Part shown: in pieces, positions 25,859 through 36,007 of the stretch
Numbering within the stretch: the stretch's first letter is position 1
Layout: every line of letters starts with the position of its first letter
Assembly: GCA_951406725.2 (NCBI GenBank)
Contig: OX597835.1
Coordinates: 3,410,001-3,474,000 of the forward strand
DNA length: 64,000 bases
From: Octopus vulgaris
Taxonomy: Eukaryota
Reading direction: 5' to 3'
The notes under the pieces: model-generated
Told to the model about the DNA's origin: nothing
The model's input: the letters and a program-made list of their open reading frames with translations, nothing else
Database searches by the model: none
Program-made: the position numbers and the translations under genes

Positions 25859-26138
25859 AAAGGGATCAAAATTAAAAACTTCCATCAAAATTTCATGTTA
25901 ACTTATATTCCAAGCCCCAGCTTCACGACTGCTTCCAATTTTGGTATAAAGCCAGTAATTTTGGGAGAGGGGTTAAGTTAATTACATCAACCCCTGTGCT
26001 CATCTGGTACTCATTTTATTGACCCCGAAAGGATGAAAGGCAAATTTGACCTCGAAATTTGAACTTGTAGGATTTTTATTATCTATCTGTGTGTGAAATC
26101 TGCACTTGTAGGGTGCCTCACACATTTCCCCACAATGT

Positions 26139-26878
26139 TGTAGAAGGGAATAAAATGGCAGGAACACGAATGGCTGAACAAATAACAATAATAGTTTATT
26201 ATTTCACAGAAGGAGATACTTCATTGCTGGTCATCGGTAGCATGAACGCCTGGGTTAGGAGAGGCAGCAGAGTGGGATTAAATCACCATGGTTAAAACAA
26301 TCTTCACCACCCTTCGAGTCTGGTTTGCCCTTCGAGTCTGGTTTGCCCTTTGAGTCTGGTTTACCCTTCGAGTCTGGTTTGCCCTTCGAGTCTGGTTCGC
26401 CCTTCGAGTCTGGTTCGCCCTTTGAGTCTGGTTCGCCCTTCGAGTCTGGTTTGCCCTTCGAGTCTGGTTTGCCCTTTGAGTCTGGTTTGCCCTTCGAGTC
26501 TGGTTCACCTTTTGAGTCTGGTTTGCCCTTCGAGTTTGGTTCGCCCTTCGAGTCTGGTTTGCCCTTCGAGTCTGGTTCGCCCTTCGAGTCTGGTTTGCCC
26601 TTCGAGTCTGGTTTGCCCTTCGAGTCTGGTTTGCCCTTCGAGTCTGGTTCGCCCTTCGAGTCTGGTTCGCCCTTCGAGTCTGGTTCGCCCTTCGAGTCTG
26701 GTTCGCCCTTTGAGTCTGGTTCGCCCCTTCGCTCGGAGCCTTGTCAGGACACATCTTAATTCATCAACCGCCAAGAGCCAAGAGAGCTTGGAATTGCGGG
26801 AAAGGCTAACTGCTCCTGATTACTGCACATGCACAGATGGACATCCCCAAATGGCACCGAAAACCTGGCATCACTACA
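26139..26878 (-). mobile_element. Possible solo LTR carrying an 18-bp minisatellite
   Basis: TGTAG...CTACA termini and - strand AATAAAC near 26195; no clean TSD. Confidence 0.45.
26311..26730. repeat. 18-bp minisatellite (cccttcgagtctggttYg), ~23 copies
   Basis: Direct reading; explains the PFESGL/RRANQT pseudo-ORFs. Confidence 0.97.
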
Positions 26879-29570
26879 AACTCAAAATGTAATGGTGGAC
26901 GAAAGGGCCTTGAAGTATTTTGCCCAGCATGATAACAATCCTGCCAGCTCACTCTCTTACACCAACTTAATAATGACAAAGTCATTTGACCAAATTCTTC
27001 ATTATTTCCAAAATTAATTAAAACAAAGGTGGTTCATTTTGACAAATATGGTAACGGTAACACTATCATCATCTGGTCAAGCTTGCTCAGACATCTTTGA
27101 ATGTCTTTCCTCATCATCATCGTGATCATCATCATCATCATCATCATCTAATGTCTGCCTTCCATGCTGGCATGGGTTGGAAGGTTTGACAGGAGCTGTC
27201 CAGGCAGGAGACTGTTCCAGACTTCTGTGTCTGTTTTGTCTCTCCTACTCTCATACCCCATATTGTGTTCATCTTAGACCCTATACTACATTCTGTCAAA
27301 TTCTTCCTTACCAGAACTTTGACACTCTGGAAATTCCCACTCAGCACATGTCTTTATGTGCATCTGCCAACTCTTGCATTTCATTCTTTACTACTATCCC
27401 ACTTTTCCAATGATGGAATTTCAGCTCTTTTCAGGGCTTCGGGATTTCACTGTGACTTTGGCTGGGTGGCTAACAGGTGCTATATCTTGCCAAAGAGTAA
27501 CCCAAGATTTTCTCTCTCTTTCTTTTTCTCTTTTTCACCACTCTCCCTCCCTGGCTTGGTAACCATGTACCTTCTCTACAGTAAGATACCTGTTTCCATC
27601 TCTGTCACACTCTAACCATTCATCATCTGACACAAGATCACCCCTCCAATGCCCCTTTCCCTCCCAAAGATTCCTTGTCTTGCAAAGTTACTTGGTGACC
27701 CTACCAGTTCTGGTGCCACTTAAAAAACTTCACACCACAATGTAGTTGGCATTTGGAAGGACATCCAGTTGTAAAAGCCATGCCAAAACTGACCTCACCT
27801 AGGATGCAATCTTCTGCCAGGTCAGCTCCTGTCAAACTGTCCAACCCATGCCAGCATGGAAGGAGGACGTTAAATGATGATGTTGGTAATTGGAGACTCT
27901 AAGTCATGTTCATTCTGCTGCGAGCATTCAGATCTGTCTCTTTCTATTCTTCTCAAAGAACTCAGGTTATGATGGTTAAAATCCTTTTCACCTTTTTATA
28001 CCAACCTGCTTGAGACTGCTCTCTAGATCTATGATTAAATAAATAATAAAAAAAAGATCCCCTTATTTCAAAAATGCTTTTTTTGAAATTAAAACTGATC
28101 ATCATTTTGTGATGTCCCAAACACTGGGGTTTTATTAAAAAAATTTCTTTTAGTTATTTTACCTTATCCCACCAAATTATTTCAAAAATTAATTGAAATA
28201 CGTTGGTCGAGTATTTCTTCCACATTCTCAGGGTTTTTTTTAAGCAAGCTTCTTAACCATATGGTTTTGGGTTCAGTCTCACAGCACAGCACCCCACACC
28301 ATGTGGGTGGATTTGGTAGAAGGAAACTGAAAGAGTACCACTGTGTGGCATGTAAAAAGCACCCACTACACTCTCGGAGTGGTTGGCATTAGGAAAGGCA
28401 TCCAGCCGTAGAAACTCTGCCAGATCAAGATTGGAGCCAGTCCTCAGTCAAATCGTCCAATCCATGCTAGCATGGAAAGCGGACGTTAAATGATGATGAT
28501 GATGATATTCATAAGTTTGGTGAATATGCAAATGACAGTTTTGTTGTGTCTAGGGAGAGTCATTATGCTAATATAATTAACACACATAATAGGCTCTCAG
28601 TCCTTGATACTGAACTTTGGTTAAAGACTGCAATCAACAGTGTACAACTCCTCCATTCCTACAATACGAAACCCATAGCTTCTAAATACGTTGTTCACAA
28701 GGACTCAGCCTTGTCACACAATATGAATAATCAACATTCTGATAGCAGATTTACTTGGGATAATGAATAATATGTCCCCCCCCCCCCCCACAAGGAAGCA
28801 CACCCAGAACTTCATGAACACAAACACGCGAATATACAGAATACATACATGCACACATACATATGCATGTACATACACAACCACACTCTCGTGCTACCAC
28901 ACACACACACACACATGCTCACGACAAATCTCAAACCGACAAATGCAACCTCCATAATGGATTGAGTCAATAGTTACTGAAAAGGTCGCAAATAACAATG
29001 GAAAAGCTTTGACAAGTAAAAACACAACAAATTGGTTAGTTGGATATTTAACCAATTGACTAATAATGAAAAAAGGTACACTATACACACAAACATTTAT
29101 ATACACTTGTATACACTCACATTCATAAGATTACATAAATTAAATCATAAAAGTGCTGAATCACTGTTACTTGATATCTTTAGAATTTCTGGAAGGTCAA
29201 CCTTTACACTGAATAACCATTGGTTTCAAAAATTGTTTTATCATTGCAGTCACAGAGGTTGATAAAACACACCAATGAAGGAGGCTCTATGTTATTGTTT
29301 GACCTGCTAGAAATAGTAGCCAATTTGTGATCAAACTGTAACATCATTTCAGCATCTGCTTTTCAATTCTTGCATAAGTTTAGTGGAATTTGTTGAGGCA
29401 AATTTTCTATGACCAGATGCCCTTCCTGTTGCTAACCTTCACCTCTTTTCAAGTAAGGTATTTTTCCCTCTGTAGCTGGATGTTTACAATATGCGATGTC
29501 AAGAACAAACACAAATACTGACATACACACATATACATACCTCTCTCTCTCTTTCTCTCTCTCTCTCTTG

Positions 29571-29605
<35 letters not shown>

Positions 29606-30097
29606 GGTGCCATGTAAAAAGCTTTGGTGTTGGTACTATGTAAAAAGCACCCAGTACACTCTGTAAAGTGGTTGGCATTAGGAAGGGAATCCCGCTGCAG
29701 GAACTATGCCAAAACAGACTATGGAACATGGTGTGGTTCCTGGGCTTGCCAGCTCCTGTCAAACCATCCAACCATGCCAGCCTAGAAAGCAGATGTGAAA
29801 TGATGATGATGATAAAATTTTGAATTATAATCAACTCTAATAATGTCAACATACATACTGTATGTGTTTTGTTTAGGCACACAGACAATGACGAAGCACA
29901 CCTTATGTTGTAATGTGACGCACACACTCGCAAGTGCAAGTTTGTTTGCATATGCACACAACACACATCCTCACATACATACACCAATCAATTCAGATAA
30001 TCCACAAACACACAGTCGATTATATTGATTACAATAACCAGCTTCAACCAACTGACATTACCTAAGTAATTAGTAAGTAAAACTCCCACTACAGCAA

Positions 30098-30620
30098 CCG
30101 TAAATCCTCAAGTATAATCCGCATTATTTGTCCCAAAATTTAAAGGTCAAAATCCCTAGTGCATACTATATACGAGGTTAAAAATGAAAATTATTTTCTA
30201 AGCAATGTCCGAGTCTCTATTTGCTGTCCGGCAATGTTTATCCAGATGCATTTTGTGATGTCGGGCGCGAAAATACCTTAAGCTAAGCCTGAAAGCAATG
30301 AAGTCATAAAAGAATCATCCATAACTTGCAGTAAGCAACATTTACTAAAATAAAAGTATTCAGAACACAGAATAACATGTAACAAAAACAATTTGCAAAC
30401 ATATTTACATTCCCATATAACAGTTAAGAACATCACCATTATTGTATTACGCATGCGCGGAAGTATTTGTTCAACTAGGTGCTGCTGTCTTAATTACGCA
30501 CGACTCAAGTTAGAGAAGGGGTGCGTATTATACACAAGGTTTAAGTTTTTCAGACGTACAGCCCCTTAAAAATCCCCTGTGTATTATACTCAAGGGTGGA
30601 CTATACTCGAGGATTTACTG
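30098..30620. mobile_element. Pogo/Tigger-like MITE
   Basis: TIR CCGTAAATCCTCAAGTATAATCC / GGACTATACTCGAGGATTTACTG, followed by TA. Confidence 0.7.
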
Positions 30621-31879
30621 TACGTGAAAATTTTGCCCACTGCTTCTCAACTGAGGTCCATATGGCCCTAAGGAGGAGATTCATATAATATTTTGATGTT
30701 AAAATTTAAGTGCCATAAAGTGGCCATAATTTTACGATACATGAAATATTATATATAAAAGCACAGTAAGAACTTTTATATATATATATAATGAATGATT
30801 ATGGAGGTTGAGTAGAATAAAATGAGAATCAAGGGGGACCATTGGCATAAAATGGTCAAGAACCACAGCTGGAAATAAAAGAAGCAAGGGAGATAACTAC
30901 TTTGTTTTGTCATCTACCTACTCCCGGGGCACTCCCCTGCTCCCCGGGCATATTGCCGATATTCTTAAGAATTTCTAATTTAGACAGAAGGGCAGCGATT
31001 AAAACGATCGCAGTACTTGACTGGTATCTTTATTCATCAATAAAACCCCGATGGATAAAAAGCAAAGTTGACCTTGGCGCTATTTGAACTTAGAATGTAA
31101 AGATTCGGAACAAATGCCTACCGCAAGACATTTTGTCAATCACCCTGATTGTTGATATTTATAATGGTTTTTGATTTAGGTATAGGGCCAGGAATTTTTT
31201 TTTATTTCAGAAGATCTTGATAAAATAAAAGCAATGGTGGGATTTGAACTCAGAATGCATAAAGAAACACCACGAGTCATTTTCCCAATGCCTCAATGAG
31301 TCAGCCGTTCCACCAGCCTTGGTTTCTGCTTCAGGCACGAGGCCAACAATTTTGAGTGGATAGGGTTAGTCGATATCATCGACCTTAAGATTTATTTAAA
31401 TGGCCCCGGAGGGGTAAAAGACAAGATTGACCAAAGCGAGATTTGAACTCAGAACATAAAGAGCCGGAATTTTGTTGATATTCATAAATTCCAAACATGT
31501 CTGTAACTTTTATCCGTTGGTTTTAACGACCAAATCCAGTCAAATTTACTTTGGATACGTTATGGGAAAAAAATTGATAAATTTAATTGGAGTTATCTTC
31601 CTTACATTATTTAAATGTACGTTTAAACACCCGGAGAGGGAGGTGGTTTTTGTCCTTTAATTGCTTAAATACTTTCAATTGGTTCAACTTATGACATTAC
31701 ATATTTAATATGCTACCGTATTTGAATTTAGTATGTAAGACACTTGCTGAGATTTTTCTCTCAAGTATACTGTGCTTCAGAGAGTGACAGACACGCACAC
31801 AAACTCTGCTTTCATCTTTCCAAGGTTGATAAAATAGCACCAGTTAGAAAACTGCCAGAACCTATTTGCATGCAATTGG

Positions 31880-32648
31880 AAAATCAAAAAAGCTCGGCAA
31901 ATGGGTAGGTACCACACGATTTGAATGAAAATCAGAAAATACGCAGGTCTTAAATTTGCTCGTCGCTTTTTCTCCGTAACCAGACCGATCCATTTCTCGA
32001 CCGTATTGTAACTTGCGACGAAAAGTGGATTCTGTACAATAATAAGAAACGTTCTTCGCAGTGGTAGGACCAAAAGGAAGCACCGAAAACCGTCCCTAAA
32101 CCTGAGCTCTTCAAAAAGAAGCTTACAGTAGCTGTTTGGCGGTGTGCTGCTGGACTCATTCACTATAACTTCTTAAAACCTGCAAAAACCATTACTACAG
32201 AAACATATTGCCAAGAAATTGCCAAAATGAACGAAAAATTGTTACTCCTCTGTCCCAGACTAGTCAACAGAAGAGGACCAATCATTCTTCATGGAGTTCT
32301 AAGGACACTCCAGAAGTCGAGGGAATCAGGCTACGAAGTTCTTCTCCACCCAGCTTATTTCCCAGACCTTTCTCCTACCGACTACAACTTTTTCAAGTAC
32401 CTTGATGATTAGCTGCGAGAGAAGGAGTTCAAAATCAAACCGATGCTGCAAGTGCGTTCAAAGAGTCCATTAGTTCCAGAACTCTAGATTTTTTATGTTA
32501 CCGGAATAAACAAACTTGTAACTCGTTGGCAAAAATGTGTTGATTGTAATGGTACTTAACTTTGATGAATAAAATTTCCGCATTGTTGAAATGTATTGTG
32601 ACGAATTTCATGTTTCAAAACGTTGCTTACTTTTTACTCAGCCTGATA
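31880..32648 (+). mobile_element. Degenerate mariner transposase remnant
   Basis: WVPHDL, IVTCDEKWILY and HPAYFPDLSPTDY motifs with stops; 3' TIR-like end. Confidence 0.85.
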
Positions 32649-33166
32649 GATTCTACTTTTGTTTTCGTGTTCTGTTGAAGCCGATATTTGCATTGAAGTC
32701 GACGAGGGAGGTGAAAAGGGAAACACACACCCGCGCACATTTCCCCATTGACTTCCCACAAGTTGAAAGGTGAGACACATTCGCGCGCGCACTCCCCATT
32801 ATCTTTCACATGAACGTACATATATAAATACATATACATACATCAGTTTTTTGTATGTATGTGTGTATTTATGTATGTCCATTTATGTATCAAAGATAGT
32901 GGCTGTGTGTGCGAGCGTGTTCAGCTTTATGTATTCGTGTTCACTCACACACACACCTATTGACTTTCATGTCCAGGAATTGCATTGCGAAACACTTGCA
33001 TTTCATCCCTCCATCCATCCATACATACAGGATCTAGGGGTTATTTTTTTTCATTCGCAAAATATGCATTAAAAAAAAAAAAGACAATAAAAAATCCGAA
33101 AATCGGCTCTAATAATGATGTAGCCTTTCAGTCTCTTGGCTTTGAAGGTATGATGTGGAGAAAAAA

Positions 33167-33394
33167 GGCGGCGAGCTGGTAGAAACGTTAGCACGCCGGG
33201 CGAAATGCTTAGCGGTACTTCGTCTGCCGTTAAGTTCTGAGTTCGAATTCCACTGAGGTTGACTTTGCCTTTCATCCTTTCGGGGTCGATAAATTAAGTA
33301 CCAGTTACGCACTGGGGTCGATGTAATTGACTTAATACCTATGTCTGTTTGTTTGTCCCCTCTGTGTTTAGCCCCTTGTGGGTAGTAAAGAAAT
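33167..33394 (+). mobile_element. Complete tRNA-derived SINE with Nin-like central domain and 21-bp TSD
   Basis: TSD aggtatgaYgtggagaaaaaa at 33146-33166 and 33395-33415; B-box gagttcgaattcc; gcctttcatcctttcggggtcgataaa. Confidence 0.88.
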
Positions 33395-33850
33395 AGGTAT
33401 GACGTGGAGAAAAAAAAATTGGAGAAAAAAAGTTATAGAGGTTTAAAAATCGAAAAAAAACCCCGGTATATTTTTAGCCAATAGCGAGAGAGACTTTCTG
33501 CGTTTAGCGGAGCTGTGTCGTGAAATTGAGTTTAGCGTCTGACCCGTTCATTGTAGGCTTCTAAATAAACAGAAATTCCCTACAAAATCAACATGTGTTA
33601 CTCTTTCTTTTGTCTCTTCATTGATTGTTATGGTTTTATTATCTTTTAAAATTTATTAAATCAATATATTTGTCTGCATGTGTTTGCTTTTGGGAAACGG
33701 CGGTGTTTTCCTTCTCTCTCTTCAAAGAATCCAAAATCCAAACGAATCCTCTGCGTTCTGCTAGTGAAACTTTACGATAAGTATATTTTTATTAACGTAA
33801 CATATTAAGACAACTTTTTTGATATATTTGACATCTTTTCATGAAAATTG

Positions 33851-34230
33851 ATAACATTTTTCCTCGTTTGAAAACGCACGCGTGTTTATTTTCGATTTCA
33901 GTACGTTTTGATTCAGAGCGGCTTATCTATTTATTTACTCTATTTGTACGTCGAGTGTATTGTTTACTATTGCTTTGCTTATTGTATTGCTGTATATATG
34001 TCGTGTGTTTATTTGTGTTTTTGTGCTATTGGTCTTTTGGTATAACATTTTTCCTCATATGAAAACGCACGCGTGTTTGTTTTCGTTTTCGATTTCAGTA
34101 CGTTTTGATTCAGAGCGGCTTATCTGTTTATCTACTCTATTTGTGCGTCGAGTGTATTGTTTACTATTGCTTTGCTTATTGTATTGCTGTATATATGTCG
34201 TGTGTTTATTTGTGTTTTTGTGCTATTGGT
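33851..34230. repeat. Near-identical ~190-bp tandem duplication upstream of the LINE
   Basis: 33851-34033 approximates 34042-34230. Confidence 0.9.
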
Positions 34231-35053
34231 TTTCCTAATTAATTAATTTAGATATCTGTGTATGTAAGTGCTTTCGTACAGGTTTCGATCTAATTGATTA
34301 ATTATTCTGTTGATATATGTGTGTATGCGTGTATATATATGTATATATATATATATATGTATATATATGTATCGCGTGTATTGGAGAAATTGATCTTGCG
34401 AGATATACCTTTAAAACTGTTTTCTTATCTTTCGCTATCGTGCGCGTGTGTTATATATTTAGAACGGTAAATTCCGTGACAACAAGTGTCGATGTCTACA
34501 GGTTGTACATATCTGTGATGAATGGATATTTTTACTTTTATCTATATCTATATATGTAAGTATGTGTGTATATGTAACATATTGTAGCTATTCCTTCTCT
34601 TGCATTCTCACACTCTCTCCCTCTCTCAAAATCTCTTTCTCTCTCTTTCTTTCACAGCCTCTCTGCCCCTCTATCTCTCCCTCGTAATCTTTTTTCTCGC
34701 TTTCCTGCACTACCTCTTTCTCCCCCCTCTCTCGCTCTTTCCATCACACTATCTCTCCCCCTCTCTCTCCTCACTCTCCCTTTCTCCTTCCTTTTCACTA
34801 TCCCTTTCTCTTTCCCTCACGAACTCACTCCCTCCCTCCCAATCTCTCTCTTTTTCTTTCCTTCAGACCCCCTTTCTCTATCTCTCTCGCCCTCTCTCGC
34901 TTTCCTTCCCTGCCTCTCTCTCACCCTCTCTCTCTTTCCCCAAAACAGTCTTCTTTTCCTCTCTCTCACCCTCCCTTCCTCACAATCTCTTCATCTCTCC
35001 TCCCTTCTCCCTTTTTCCCTCACAGCTTCTCTCTCTCTCCCCGCTACAACGGA

Positions 35054-36007
35054 ATGGACAACATGCAAAAATTAGAGGTAAATGCAAACACTGGCGTCAA
35101 CAAAAGCCAGCGTAACTGGACGAAAGTAGAGCTGGAAGTTTTCATCAGAGGATGGACCTCGGCCGACAGATCGCAACCAACTAAAAACATAGTGGCGACC
35201 CTGAAAAGCCATGGCTTTATGAGGACGTTGGCGCAGGTAGAGAGGAAGAAAAGAGAAGTTGAAAGGGCCTACACTCTCATTGCACCACACATGGTTTTGC
35301 TAAGCCAAGTCCTCAAGGTGGATAAAGACAAAGAGAGAGAGATGGAAACAGGAAACACCAACCACAGAGTGTCAAAAAATGACACACCCACAGCCACAGT
35401 CGAAGAAGGCAAGCAGGGCAAACAACAGATAGGCGGCGATGGGGAAACAGAAAATAACCAGCCGGATGAAAAGACCTATGCAGAAAGGAACCAGTGGACA
35501 ACCGTCCAACGGAGGAAGAAAAAACAGAGAGGAACTGGGGACAAGAAAGCCCAGATAACATGCAAATTCTTCCGGAATGGAACCTGCTGGCATGGAGAAA
35601 CAGGGGAAGGATGCAGGTTCGCTCATCCCAGGCCCTATGGAAATTGCATCAAACCCACTCGACCAAAATGCCTTAACCAAAACCAAGACCGAAACCAAAA
35701 CCAGAACAAATTCAAGCTGCCCCAGAAATATGCAGACATAGTGCGGAATGCCCCAACAAGGAGAAGGCGCACATTTGCAGAGGAAATGCAGACGGCGGCA
35801 GCAGAACAAAGAAATTTTGTGGAAATAGCAGAGAAAATTGTGGGACAACTGACCTGGATACATCGTCTTCAGAGCCAGGGGCACTCACAACAGCACTCAA
35901 GACCACCACAATCAAGGGACCCAGGGTGGCCACCGCTGACACCAGCCCAGGTGCCACACCGACAGCCTTTATTGACACCCCAAATATCTCACCAGTGCTT
36001 CTGCTGA
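35054..36007 (+). CDS. LINE ORF1 (317 aa): Myb/SANT-like N-terminus and CCCH zinc finger
   Basis: WTKVELEVFIRGW...TLAQVERK; WTTVQRRKKK; CKFFRNGTCWHGETGEGCRFAH (C-x7-C-x8-C-x3-H). Confidence 0.85.
   Translation: MDNMQKLEVNANTGVNKSQRNWTKVELEVFIRGWTSADRSQPTKNIVATLKSHGFMRTLAQVERKKREVERAYTLIAPHMVLLSQVLKVDKDKEREMETGNTNHRVSKNDTPTATVEEGKQGKQQIGGDGETENNQPDEKTYAERNQWTTVQRRKKKQRGTGDKKAQITCKFFRNGTCWHGETGEGCRFAHPRPYGNCIKPTRPKCLNQNQDRNQNQNKFKLPQKYADIVRNAPTRRRRTFAEEMQTAAAEQRNFVEIAEKIVGQLTWIHRLQSQGHSQQHSRPPQSRDPGWPPLTPAQVPHRQPLLTPQISHQCFC

Noticed and set aside
26278-26892. PFESGL / RRANQT repeat proteins; superficially CRISPR-like periodicity
   Set aside because: This is a head-to-tail 18-bp minisatellite with no spacers, no cas genes and no splice or codon support.
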